This document shows, in pieces, positions 1-12,332 of a stretch of 64,000 nucleotides of DNA. The first letter of the stretch is position 1. Each line of letters opens with the position of its first letter. This DNA is from Rhizodiscina lignyota (taxonomy: Eukaryota): assembly GCA_010015805.1 (NCBI GenBank), contig ML978121.1, forward strand, positions 3,038,001 to 3,102,000, given 5' to 3'. A program made the translations under genes and the position numbers. The notes under the pieces are model-generated. The model saw only the letters and a program-made list of their open reading frames with translations, made no database searches and was not told where the DNA came from.

Positions 1-201
1 GCGTATGAAATTACAGTACAAACTGATGTGGATGCGAGATTTGAATGCCTCGTCAATAGTGCCAACGCGATTGGTCGTCAGGAAGAGAATACCAGAGTAA
101 TATTCCAACATTCGCAAAAGGACTGACACCATGGCGTTACGCTTGAGGTCTTCGTTATTTCTCTTCAGGGGGAACACCTTGGTTTTATCGAGGAGAAGCA
201 G
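1..201 (-). pseudogene. 5'-truncated fragment of a fungal AAA+ ATPase, running off the window edge
   Basis: The minus strand from 201 reads LLLLDKTKVFPLKRNNEDLKRNAMVSVLLRMLEYYSGILFLTTNRVGTIDEAFKSRIHISLY. This is the Walker B to sensor-1/Arg-finger stretch of the common fungal AAA family. Walker B is degenerate (DK for DE), in-frame TAG stops lie immediately upstream, and no Walker A precedes it. Not in the ORF track. Confidence 0.75.
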
Positions 202-341
202 CTATATTGAGCTTTGCTTTTCCATTTTGCTAGCAATCTATTGAATGAAGTTGATACCTGGGATGCCTTGTGGCTGCCTTTCAACGAAGAACCACCATTT
301 GGCGCAGATCCTCCATGATGAAAGTGTTGCTGCCAGTCAAT

Positions 342-1767
342 TCACTTTGGGCGATAGTATTCGATAGTGATCCTGTTCCCCTCGAAAATAAGACCATCAA
401 GTTGATCAATGGCAGCCTGTGCCTCAGCCTCCGATGCAAGGGACACGAATGCAATCAGCCTCCGAGAGTAGAATGATGTTTTCATCTCAACCTGTCTGAC
501 GGTGAAGTTCTTGAAAAGTCTGTGCACTCTGTCTTGGTACACTGTCTCTGGGGTAACACCCATCCCTCCGGCCATGGAGACTCCGCGAACGAAAAGACGC
601 GACGTCGGAGCGGGGTAGGCCGACCCTTTTGTAGTTCGGCCTGAAGACAATGGCTCTAAAATAAATTATTAGTAGATCATAAAGATATGTGAGTGAAAAC
701 TTGCCAGGTTTGCGCGAATCGATATCAAGTTTGATGCGTCGCGCTTCCGGTTCCCTCTTGTCATCGTCGTCTCCCTCAGCATTGATGTCCAAGTTGGAAC
801 GCTTGAAGTACTGTATGTGACTCGTGCGGGCAGCGTCACCGGAGTGCACTGACAGCGCTGGGGTCGCTGGGGTCGCTGGGGTCGCCCGTGACAGTGTGGA
901 AGGATTGGAAGGAAGGAGTGACCACATTAACTCTTCCACCCTATCCCACACCATCCATTCTGCCATTGAACTGGCAAGCAATTCAAGCTTTCCGTTCTCC
1001 TTTACCTTTACCAGAGATGGCAACGCAATTTCGAGCCGTGTGGCACCGAATTCTTCAATTATCTGTCGATAGATTCCCTCTGGGGTGGACCGTGCATCGC
1101 TTGAGGAGATCTTTCCAACATGCTCAAGATGAGGTACCAAAGCTGAGGGGTGCTGACCGACTAGGTGTTGTACCTGGTCTATTATGCGGCTTCTCGAACG
1201 AAGAATGTCGCGACGATCCGGGATGGAGTCAAGCGTTCTTATGTCGGCAGCAGTGATGAGGGTATTACGAACGTCCATCGCATGTTTCAGATGGAGAAGG
1301 ACATCCCCGGAACAGTCTTGGGTTGCGGCATCAGATAATTGCTGAGGAGAACCTTCCGTAGATTGAAATCGAACACTTGTGCCGTCATCACCGTTTTGCA
1401 GAGAGTCGTTGGTCACTGACAGAGCCAGACTGCCTGCCCGCTGGATGTTTTCGACAGCGAAATTCTGTTCAGGGGAAGCTCGGCTGATAATATCTTCCTG
1501 ATCGGATTCCGTGGCAGTGTTTGTGATTGAAGTCTGACGGTCATCTTTGTCGCGCATGTTAGATGTTCGGAGTTGTACTGGAGTACCGGTACCCCTACCA
1601 TTGGTAGTCAGGCCAGTACCGAATAGATCCCTTAGAGCTTTCTGAAAGTCGGATGACTCTAAGCTCGCGTGAAATACAGCTCGCAGTCTGTTCTGGAGAC
1701 CTCGAAAGTGTCCATCCTCCTCTTCCAGTTCGACCGCCTTTGCAAGAGCCGATTGAAGGACATCCAT
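342..1767 (-). CDS. Hypothetical protein: N-terminal helical module, low-complexity middle, C-terminal RRM (2 exons)
   Basis: ATG at 1767 (MDVLQSALAKA). A 49-nt GC-AG intron at 656-704 joins ORF 487..1821 in frame to ORF 342..650. The latter has RNP2-like RLFVRGV, RNP1-like IAFVSL and AQAAIDQLDGLIFEGNRITIEY. Confidence 0.75.
856..885. repeat. 9-bp coding tandem repeat (CGCTGGGGT)x3, encoding ATPATPATP
   Basis: Read directly from the sequence. Confidence 0.9.
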
Positions 1768-2620
1768 CACCGGCGGACCTGACCAGTGTTCACTGTTTGT
1801 TAGGAAGGATGTGTGTATCAAAACTGTGGTAGTGGAGACATCAAGCAGACTGGTGCAACAAATCTCCGGTCACTCTAGGTTTTGCATTGTGTTGAGTGCA
1901 GCTGCCTGTTGTGATGTGTCTCGATGGACGCCCTTTCCATTCCATTTCGGAAGGCCAGCACGGCGGCGCGGGCTCCATTGTAGGCTGTCAATCAATTGTG
2001 TGATGAGAGATTATATACGATTTAAAAAGGAAGACCTTTCAGTTTTATCTTCGATATCCCTGTAGCTGGATTGCTTTCTATATGGTCATGGCATATGATT
2101 CCACGTTAGTGTTTGAAGGGTTCATAAGAAGTGGGCTACGGTGGCTACCCATGATCCTAGCACATTGGTACGGAGCACCCGCTTGTATGGCTTAAGCTTG
2201 TTAACTACCACGATATGAAACCAACAGAATTCTTTCTATATTTTAATTGATTACTTCATGGTCGAATTGGATTGCCCCTTATAAGTACTTACGAAAATTG
2301 CGTTCGATCACGTCCGGAATCCACTCGTTAAACCGACACTGACTTGGAGAGGACTTTGAGTTTGGCATAAGGTGCCCATTAAACACAAAATATAAAGGGT
2401 GATAAGGCACAGCAAAACCAAAATACGAGAGCTATGGAGGAGAGCCCGCATGCATGAGGAGATTTGGATGGATTATGCGCAGAGTCCATTCATCACGCTT
2501 GTACGGAGCTGCAAAAATATATGTATTTTTCTGAGTAACGCCTATTTACAGTAAAGTGCACTTCATCCGTATATCCTCCATCCCTCTCCACGAAGGTATT
2601 GGAGTCCTTCATCGTCTGAA

Positions 2621-3418
2621 CTATGCCGATTTGTTACGCGCAGTTTTACTCGCCCAGAAGGAAACATCAATCTCCTGGCCCTCTACCTCCACCCCATCCA
2701 TCGCCCACCTCGCACCCCTCGCCTCCGCGATTGTGGCAAAATGCACCTTCGCACCGACGATATTCCTCCGCTGCTCCCAGAACACCTCCACCTTCCGCAC
2801 CTCCCACCGATCGAAGAGCTTCTTGCAAATCAGGTGCTGCAGGTCGCGGTCCGACATTCTGTGCGGGAGCTCGCGCACGGCGAGGCAGGCTGACGGCGAG
2901 TTGTCGGTCGGTTTGCGTCGCTTGGGCGGCGGTTGGCGGCTGGTGAAAGGGTTTGCGCGCTTCCAGCTGGGGAGCTCGATGTAGGTACGTGTTGCTGCAG
3001 ATGGGTTTGATGCCCGCAAGTTCGCGGTCGAAGCGTGTGTGGCCGATGACATAGCCGTTCCACTCTTTATGCCAGCACCAGAAAGTTGTTGTGGCAAGCC
3101 AGTGAGGGGGGTACCCTCAGCAGTCGTGTGAGGGACTGAAGGAGGTCTGCCCACCCTGCTATTGGGGTGACCCTCGTGGTCGTTGGCGCTTTGTGGTGTG
3201 AGAGCTCCTGCCTGCCCAGCTTCGGTGCCGGACACGTCGGCGGATCGCTCGTTTGACCAGTCGTTGAACAGGCCCCTAAGCGAGATGCGGAACTCTTCAT
3301 CCTCGAGAGCAGCGCAGAATACCGAGCGTACTTTGTCCTCCAGGTCCTTGGAAAATGTGCTTCTATTCTGATCCTGGACCCTTCGAGCCTCCGAGAGGGC
3401 GGTGTTGAGGCGATTCAT
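2621..3418 (-). CDS. Hypothetical protein with C-terminal RRM; paralogue of the 342-1767 gene
   Basis: Single 265-aa ORF. RRM-like C-terminus (LAVRELP...GAKVHFATIAEARGARWAMDGVEVEGQEIDVSF) preceded by PPPKRRKP. The N-terminus resembles that of the neighbouring gene. Confidence 0.8.
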   Translation of the reverse strand: MNRLNTALSEARRVQDQNRSTFSKDLEDKVRSVFCAALEDEEFRISLRGLFNDWSNERSADVSGTEAGQAGALTPQSANDHEGHPNSRVGRPPSVPHTTAEGTPLTGLPQQLSGAGIKSGTAMSSATHASTANLRASNPSAATRTYIELPSWKRANPFTSRQPPPKRRKPTDNSPSACLAVRELPHRMSDRDLQHLICKKLFDRWEVRKVEVFWEQRRNIVGAKVHFATIAEARGARWAMDGVEVEGQEIDVSFWASKTARNKSA

Positions 3419-4590
3419 TGCGACGATGAGGTTGAGGTGTTTGGTTTACCTTGGTCAGCAGGGAAGCAGTAGAAAGGTAGAAGAGGCAAACGTGATTTGG
3501 AAAGTCAAATGTAGCGAGAAGCTAGCTTGAACGTGTTGCAAATGCTCTGGTGGCTCTGCGGTGAGGAAAAAAGAACGAGAAAGGAGACAGGTAAGAGAGA
3601 AGATATAGTGCGCGCCATGTGTTGTAGGTGTGGCGTGTTGACCAAGTTCTGCGAATTGTGACTTAGCCTGCAGATCACCGTGCATGCTGTGTCTATGAGA
3701 GTTTCAGGTGATGGAGTGTTGGTATCCTCAACTCTTGGTGCTGAAGTCACGAAATAGCGCTGAGCACAAAAACACAAAAAGGGATTCTGATGATTGTCAG
3801 GTACACTGAGGACTTTTTTCGAATATGCCTCCCTCGGCTGTACTACCCCGTCGATGTGATGCAGCACGCCTATGTCTTCTGAATTAGTCCCCAGGAGAAG
3901 AGTCCTTCAGCTTCGCACGTCGCAAGTTGAAAGCAAATTGGTAATCCATCCGCTTTTCGCACAAAGCTGTGTCCTCAATCTCACCACTGCCCTTTCCCCT
4001 CGCCCCCTTTTGTTATCCCCTGTGCACTTGCAAAAGGGACAACTGCCCTCAGATATACTCCTTACCATATGCCCATCCACCATTATGCAGAATGCCGCCG
4101 CGATACGCAGGACAAGAAAATGAGTGAAAAATCATCGTGACGTCGTCGGATAGCCGATGCGAATATTTGGATCTCTCTAAGTCGGTTTAGAAGGTGTGGT
4201 GTGCGGCCGTCTTCTTCATCGTCGTGTCGTCGGTCTTCATGTCGGTCAGGTTAAGTATGTAATGTGTATGATGTCTTCGTTCGCTTCGTGCTCCCTCGCG
4301 GGTTTTTGTAGAGTCTTCGAGTTTCGTGGTCGCTGGTCGTGGTGTTGAGGTCGCCGCCAAAATGTGTCAAGGTCTCGCTCGCATCGCTAAATGGCTATCC
4401 GGAAAAGTGTGGTCGAAAAGCAATTTTGATCGAAGTGGAGAGAAGTCGCAGACGGAAAGCATCAACAGCAGGATTATAAAAATGCTCGCTATAGCCCATG
4501 CTGACCCTTCGCTGATGCTGGTGAAACTCATATCCTCAAATCAAGTTCAACGCCGTCGTTACTCATGTGTTGTCCGTCGCAATCACTACC

Positions 4591-6965
4591 TCATGTAGAC
4601 GGCGCCGTGGATTTTCGTCTGGAGCGCTCGGTGGATACCTCGCTACCAGGAGTCCACTCCTCCGGCTGAAAGTCCGGGTTGTTAAAGTGAGCGGTGTTGA
4701 AGTGAGAATGCTTGAAGATATTCGTTTGGAAGCCATTGTCTCGCATGTTGGGACCACCGACCACAGTAGCCTCCCAACCGCTTTGATATTCCCAAATGCT
4801 CGGTCTAAAAGGTCCGCCGCCACGATCGAGAGCACCTATTTGCACGGCTGGGGCAACCACAGCTCCTGTGGGCGAGTGGTGCTGTTGGGGCATGGGAATC
4901 CCTGATACGAACATCTCCGCAGAGTTCGTCGGCGGTGGCGGGAGTGCCATGTAAGATGCAGATGTTGTGACTGGAGCAGGTGGAGCGTAATGCTGCTCTA
5001 CATGCGATGTGGCGATGCGCTGTACTGGCGCAGGCGGAGGTGGCTGAGACTGGATTGGCTGGTGCGCTGGCTGATAATCCCTTTGAATCAGCCCAGTAGC
5101 CTGTGGAACAAAGTCATAGCTCGAGCTTGCTGGATACAGTCCTGTTGGGGCTGGTGGAGAAGGCATCCAAAGGCTCTGCGTGCCAGAGATGCCTGGCGCA
5201 CTGATGCCGCTCATGCCAGGGATGATAGGCATAAGGCCCGCAAAGTCAATCTGCTGGTGAGGGGTTGCGTGCAGTCCCGTCGCAGGACCATCTTCGGTCG
5301 GAGAAGCGAGTGCCACAAAGACAGGTGCGTGTGGCGCGCCGTTAGGTGCCGATCCATTCATGGCATGGGAGACGATGGTGCTGGGAGGAGGAGTGTCCTC
5401 AAATGAATATAGTATGTCGTAGTGGCCAGGGCGATATAATAATCTCAGTGTGGGCGAATTTGGGAGTACCATTCCGGCATTGTCAGTCGGCTCCATGCGA
5501 TGCGGATACAATTCCGTGCCAGCAGAACGATCCAGGTACATCACCTCTAGGGCGAAGCCAGCTGGCTTCAGCAACACGTCGAATAATGCACTCAGGCCAA
5601 GGTGCTCAATTTCGCTCTGTGTCGCTTCGATGTTGCGAGAGACGTAGTCGTCGAAGTTTTGCCCTTGGATGAATGGCTCGTAGTCCTCACTGTGTGTCCG
5701 CATCCAAGCTCCGGTGAGGACCTTGCAAGGGCATTAGCAATCGGAATCTCATGGTATGCATTGCGTCGGGTAAGTACCTTGAGGTAAGTGATGATGTTCA
5801 TGGATCGCACAGTGTCGTTAAAGGCCGAGAGGAGTGCAGCACTGCTCTCCTCTACGGTCGCGCATGTCGGCAAAGTCCTCAGGAGATCGATGGCCTCGTC
5901 CTCCCAGTCCTCATAAATGTCCCTGCTGTGTCCCACTGCCTGCAGTAAATTCCCCAGAGAGCGGATGCGGGCTTGCTCTTCGAGGAACTTCTGTTTGTCG
6001 CCGAGACGGAGGAGGGTTTCGTAGTAGCAGAAGCCAATGGCTACATAGAACACGTCAGCACGGTGGCGCGCATGTGAAGCGATGAAAAGTTTTACCTCTC
6101 CATCCGCAGAAGCCATCGCCTTTGCAGGTTCGGTAATATGAGTATCGTTGCGGAATGGCCTGTCTCGAGGATGAGCTAGCGTTCCTTTCAAGTGATTTCA
6201 GATGGGATTATCGCGGCGTACAGCAGTCTTGGCCTGATACACAGGGTCTGCTCGAGCATACTCTGCTGTTATCGCGCTGGTCGGTATCCTCTCGCTCACC
6301 AAGGGGCCCTTTCACTCTCCCATTAGCACTCCGAGCCAATTCAGGTGTCCTAGCGAGGGAGGCTTCCGCGCCACGCTGTTCACGAGCGGTATACTCACAG
6401 ACACCTCCGGTACGTACTCGGCGCTCAGCTTCTGCAGCTGCGCCAGCTCCTCCTCGCTCGGGCCAAAGTCGGAAGCGCCCGCGCCATTGGCCGCCATTCT
6501 GTCGAACTCGCCCGGAGCAAAGGCGTGGTGGTCGCGATTTCGAAGGGGATTGTGCTGGAGAAGGTGTTGCTTGAAGGCGGGGGCGTTGAGTACTCTCGTG
6601 GCAGCAGCAATGCCGTGCTGGCGTGGGGGAGCAAGGAGCGCTGCTAATGCCTGCGATGCTGCGCTGGCGGGGCCGCTGCTCGAGTGGTGGTGTTGCTGAG
6701 GCACGAAGTTGGCGTTGGCGGCGGGAAGATCCGCGCTGCTGCCGCTAGCATTGGGTGGCCGGAGCGCCACGCCTCGCTGTTGGCCCAAGGGCTGCTGAGC
6801 CCTGAACGCCATCTGGGATGAATGGTAGCCATCGCCTAACGCGCTCGCTCTGCTGCTGCCGTGCCCATACCCTGCCGGCGATGCCAGCGGAGACTCGAAC
6901 TCGTAGCCATTGCCGGCGAATGGGAACGCCTGGTGCGGCGAGAGCAGCAGCGGAGGGCGACTCAT
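4591..6965 (-). CDS. Otubain-like deubiquitinase (peptidase C65), multi-exon, with Pro-rich C-terminal tail
   Basis: Catalytic motif RTCKGDGFCGWR near 6099-6135, AIGFCYYETL, EIEHLGLSAL and LLYRPGHYDILY. Start uncertain: 6965 or the downstream ATG at 6812. Confidence 0.85.
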
Positions 6966-9199
6966 CACGCCCGGCGATTTTCTTGCGTGAGTTGCAAGTG
7001 CAGTAGTGAGGTGTCGGCGAGGGGCCCAGCAGAAGGCTTCGAGAAGAGCTGGTGGAATTATTTGTCGCGCAGCTACCTCACAACCCCCGGTACGCACGGC
7101 AGACCCGATTGCTCACGGGGTCAGCAAATGGGCTCGATCTGATGACAGCCTGTACTCCTGTGCTCGCCGAAGACCTGGCCTGCGTTGTTTGGTCGCAACG
7201 CTTGGGCGAGGATGAGAGGTGATGTGAGCCAGGGGTCGTGGGTGGATCGAAGATGGTACGATTGTGTGCAAGCAAAGACAAGCAAGCCGCCCACTAGCAC
7301 ATTCCACGGCAGCAAACGATGCCCTTTAACAAGGCGAACTTAAGGATCACAGAAGCCGGACGACGAAGCAGAAGGGAAGAGAAGAGGACATAAGTTCGAT
7401 GAGGGGCAGCTGTCCGCTTTTGATCTGTCCTTCGACTCTCAGCAGCTTTAGTTACATGCAACAGCAGGCCTACAGATCGAGCAGACGCTCAGATCCAGCG
7501 GACGGACAAATACGGCAGTCGAGGCAAGCTGAACCTGCCTAGGTACGCTCCACGGCCAGCCATGATCCGCCCTGTGCGATTCTCTGCCCTCTGCTTGTCC
7601 GGTGTCACAGCGCTGGCGAGGGGTGGAGTAGCGCTCTCCTTTGTGTCTCCAGCACCAGCCAGGAACACAATGCTCTCACAATGGCCGTGAAAGCGGATCG
7701 GAAAGATCAAGTGCGGAGGCCTACAGTGAGCGCGTCGCTGACGCCCCATGACTCGAGGATTTGCGCTCTTCGTCTCATGTGAGCCGTGGGGTGAAGATGC
7801 CTTACTCCGCGCACTCTGGGGACGGATGAGCAAACTGAACGGCAGCCGCGCGGAGGCGTTTGCGCGTGTGATCGGACTTGGTGATCTTCATGATGCATTC
7901 AATGTGCCTTCCGTTACACATGATACTGCATCGAAGAGATCGTATCTTGGTTAAGGAACTATTGTTCAGCGTCCCGGTGCCCGACCAGAGACAGGCCCGG
8001 ATTACACGCGCCTTGTCCGGGCAGCAGAACTTGAGAGCACGGTGTTTGTGTCTGCAGCGCCGAGTGTGGCACAAAAGGAGCAGGATGTAGGCGTGAGAGG
8101 TAGGGTTACGGCGTGCGGTAGTGTGTGTGCATGTCTCTCGGTGCCAATGAAACATCGTGAATCGGAACATAGCACAGCAGTGAGGGCCAAGGAGCCTGGG
8201 AACGAACAGAGTTGGGCTTGTCCGCCGGCTGCAACAGCCTCAAGCTGCATATAGTAGATGGTGGGAATGCAGGAAGAGAATCGACGAGATTTGGAGCAGT
8301 TCGTGGATATGCAAGCCTCAACGCCTAGCGAACCGTCCATGTTCGTCATGCGTGATCGATTATCGATACGATAGCTCTCATGACCTCCGTCTGCATCTGG
8401 TCGCAGCGCCGCCTTTAGCGCACAAAGTGGTTGGACGAAACGGCATGGCTTACCGTTGCGCTGGAGCTTGCAGCAAGCGAAAGTTGAGACAGGGAGGTTG
8501 GTAGGAAGAAAGAGATTGATTCGGTGCGGCTTGATGAAGCTGCAGGATTGCGACTTTGAGAAGGTGGCTTGCCGCCATTGTTACACAGATTGACAAGGCT
8601 GGCGGAACGCTGCAAAATCACGAGAGGGGTTGTGTGGGAGGGAGGCAAGCGGAGCACAGGCAGCAAATGTGTGGAAGAGTTCCTCACACCAACAACTGAC
8701 AATTATCGATGCGCGTTGGAAGGTGGGTAGATGGATTGTGGCTGAAGTCGAATTGCAAAGGGACTGCGACGAAGTTCAGCTTGAGTATTGGAAACTTTTG
8801 CATCGGCATCGCTCCGGCCCATGCTGAAGATGTACGACCCGCGATAACATGCCGCAACCTGCCGAACAATGATCCTCATCGTGTTGGACAAGATCTGAAA
8901 CCAAATCTGCTTCGTCCATCCACCCGAGTATAATGGTCAGCCCGATCATGCAAGTGATACCAACTGCTGGAAGCGGATATCCATTATAGTCCGTGAACCG
9001 CCCCAACAGCCTTTATATCGAATAACTTCCTGCACCGACCACTGTAACATGCTCTCATGGTGCAACTCGCTCTCCGAGGTCCTCTTTCCACATGAGTTTG
9101 ATGAGCTCGCGGACGCGCTGCCCGGAACCCTATAGTCTCAAGATGGGCTGCGAACTACCAACCGCCAGTCAGTGCAACGTCCAAAATTGATGATGCACA

Positions 9200-10737
9200 T
9201 CACTTAAGCGACGGCTTCCCCGGGAGCCCTCTCTTCTGTCCTCCACGACTCTTGGGACCGCGGTCGCCACCATTCATCGACCCAAGGTCGGACAGCCCTC
9301 TGTTCAGCGCCCACTCACCGATAGCCATCTGAGACGCACTTTGCCCCGAGTCCGCGCCATCGTTCAAGACACTTGGCCACAGGCTCCCAACAGCGTTACT
9401 CCAATCCCTCATGGCGCTCGTCCTCTCGCTGTCAGCGTTGTTCTCGATCTCAACAGTGCCAGCCTCCTGGTTAATCTTGCCACGCAGCTTGTCCCCGACG
9501 ATCAAGTAGCCGAGGATGTCTTGGACCTCCACCAGACTAATGTCAAGCTGCTTGCAGATGAACCGCATCGAGAATCGGGTGTACGGGGCGACTAGCTTAA
9601 GGACCGCTTTCGTCCGCATGTTCCGAGTCACTTCGTCAATGTTCTCGGCAATGAACTGGTCAGCGAGAAGATCCTTGTTAGATTGAAGCACCTTCTCATA
9701 GCCGTGAATGTCGTCTCGCTGGTAGGCGTCGACAAGATCGGTCATGGCCGCTATGCGAGGGTCGTTCTTGTACGGCTTGGTCTCCGGAGACTCAAAGGGG
9801 TTGATATCGGAGCCCATGAGCATAGTTGTGAGCACAAGGTACTTGAGCACCTGAATGCGCTGCAATGATCCAGCTTCGTCGTAGTTGCGGAAGCTCTCGA
9901 AGAAGTCGCTCTGAGCTTCCTTCCAGCTCTCCTCACTCATATGCATCTTGCCGCCACACTCTCGGATGATGCCCATGATCTTGGGGTGAGGGACAGCAGA
10001 TTTGACTCTCAGCGCTCGCTGGTATAGCGCCTTCAGTCTCTTGCTGTTCCTCGTCTCCGCATACATGAGAATTTCCAGTGAATAGACTTCTAGCGCGTAT
10101 GTGCCTTTGCTCGGATCATCGGTGCCATCGTCCTTCTGACATGCTTTGTGCAGTTCTTGAAGCTTATCGGCAAGTTGTCGATATTCCTTCCTATCCAACC
10201 ACAACCTCGCCAGCTTGATGTTCGTCTTCAGCCATAACCGCTCGTTGTTGGTGCTCTGGAACGACTCGAGAGTCAGAGAATAGAACTTCTCCATGCACTG
10301 GTGGGCCTCCTCGTCCTCCGCGTGTTTTTCGATAAAGTCCAGCATGTTGTTGATTGACTTCTCGGAGTAGTTGCGGGTTACGGCGGACTTAACGTAGGTG
10401 AGGAGCGTCTGGTAATGTTCGATGGCTTTTGAGTATCGCTTGAGCTTAAACTCCAATTTTATGGCCTGTTTTAGGCCTTTGAAGCCCCAGTCGCCCTTTT
10501 CTGGCTCTAGGTCTGGTACACCGAGGAATTCATCGATTGCTTCCTCTGGATTGTCGGCTTTCATCTGCTTCGCGTTGTAGTATTTGTTCTCGATGTCGAC
10601 ATCCCCACCCTGCTCCTCATCGTCGTCCTCGTACTCGAAATCATAGCTAGAACACTATCAGATCTTTAACGCAATGTACTCACTTTCACTTACTCCTCCT
10701 CGCCGGAGTCTTGCATAAAATCATCGTCGTCCGACAT
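9200..10737 (-). CDS. CSN2: COP9 signalosome subunit 2
   Basis: MSDDDDFMQDSGEE first exon and intron 10647-10693, then ENKYYNAK, WGFKGLKQ, VTRNYSEKSINN, IPHP-like VPHPKIMGIIRECGGKMH and a PCI domain. Confidence 0.95.
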
Positions 10738-11219
10738 CGTGGGTAGGTAGAGAGTGTGTTAGGTTGGGCAAGGAATCAGTTGGAGAGGAAGGAGGTGGAA
10801 AAGTCAAGCTTTTATATATCTGCGACTGGTGTGGTGGGGAGATTTGAAGTTGTTGTGAAGCTCCAGGTGTAGTGCCCGCGTTCGGTGAATGGATAGCGTC
10901 TAAGCCTTATCGGTTGAACCCCGGCAAATCCAGGCTGCCGCTGCCAAGACTCTCGCGTGCCAGCCCAGGGATGCCAGCAATTCCGCCACCCTAAAAGCCG
11001 GCCAGGCCTTCATGTTTTCAACAACTTTCAACCAACCGTCAACAATTACGCTCTGACCGAGTGACACTGATATTACGACCCCGTCCTTCTGCTATATCTG
11101 AACGCCACACAGACTGCACTACCTACGCTTCTTATCACCCCGCGAGAGGACGGCACAACTGCCGATCCACAAATCAGTTTGAATCTTCCACCCGTCGACG
11201 ACCACGATAGACAGCAACA

Positions 11220-12332
11220 ATGGGTGGCGATCTCAATCTCAAGAAGTCATGGCACCCGGTGCTCATGAGCAACCAAAGGCGTGTCTGGGAAGAAGAAAAG
11301 AAAGCTCTCGACGAGCGGAAGCGCATCGACCAACTCCGCAAAGAGCGCGAAGAAGAGCGTACGATTCAAGAGCTCCAGGATATAGCTGCCAAAGATGGCT
11401 CCAAGCCGCGGCAGATCCGTGTAGACTGGATGTACAATGGCCCTGCGGCAGGACAGACGGGCACTACAGAGGAGATGGAGGGATACTTGCTCGGCAAGCG
11501 GAGAGTAGATCAGTTGCTCAGAAAGGATGAGGAGATGAAGGCAATGAGCAAGTCGCAGGCCACAGGCCTGGCTGCAGGAGGAGTTGCTGTCCAGGGTCCT
11601 GTATCATCTACCAGAGATGTGGCATCGAAAATCCGAGATGATCCGATGCTTCTGATGAAGAAGCAAGAGCAGATGGCATATGCGGCAGCTGTTGAGCGAC
11701 AGGCTCTGAAGGAGAAGGTTGACAAAGACCGCAATCGCGAAAAGGGACGTGATAAACGGTCAAGGCATTCAGATCATGGACACAAGAGGCGGAGACGAGA
11801 TGACGATTCCCGTTCAAGATCACGATCGCCTCGGAGAAGAGGGAGCGATAGAGAGAGGCGGCGGGATTACTCTGCTTCACGTTCGCGCTCTCCACCGCGC
11901 AGATACGAAGAGCGCAGACATGAGGAGCGCAAGCGCAGGCGCAACACTTCGTCTGCGTCAAGGTCTCGGAGTCCTCCTCGACGACACAGGGATAGGGAGA
12001 GTAGGCGCGACCGTTCTCGTTCCCGTTCACCACCTCGCCGTCATAGCGATAATGGTTACTCACGCAGCTATCGACGTCGCTCCCCTCCTCCTAGGAAACC
12101 GCAACGCAGAGAAGATGACCGCGAAGCAGAAGAGAAACGCAAGGAGGAGCAGCGTAGGAAGCTGGAAGCGATGCAGGCGGATGCAGGTGCTTTGGAGCAA
12201 GAAAGGCGAAAGCGAATTGAGGAGGAGGAGATGGTATTGGCTGAAGAAAGGAGGGAGCTGGAGTCTAGAAAGAGCGGAACAGGCAGAACTTTCACAAGTG
12301 GCATGTATAGGGAGGTCCTAAACAAAGTATGA
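11220..12332 (+). CDS. CWC25: Pre-mRNA splicing factor Cwc25
   Basis: [14 protein letters not shown]-terminus, [21 protein letters not shown] and an RS-rich C-terminal half. Confidence 0.95.
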   Translation: MGGDLNLKKSWHPVLMSNQRRVWEEEKKALDERKRIDQLRKEREEERTIQELQDIAAKDGSKPRQIRVDWMYNGPAAGQTGTTEEMEGYLLGKRRVDQLLRKDEEMKAMSKSQATGLAAGGVAVQGPVSSTRDVASKIRDDPMLLMKKQEQMAYAAAVERQALKEKVDKDRNREKGRDKRSRHSDHGHKRRRRDDDSRSRSRSPRRRGSDRERRRDYSASRSRSPPRRYEERRHEERKRRRNTSSASRSRSPPRRHRDRESRRDRSRSRSPPRRHSDNGYSRSYRRRSPPPRKPQRREDDREAEEKRKEEQRRKLEAMQADAGALEQERRKRIEEEEMVLAEERRELESRKSGTGRTFTSGMYREVLNKV

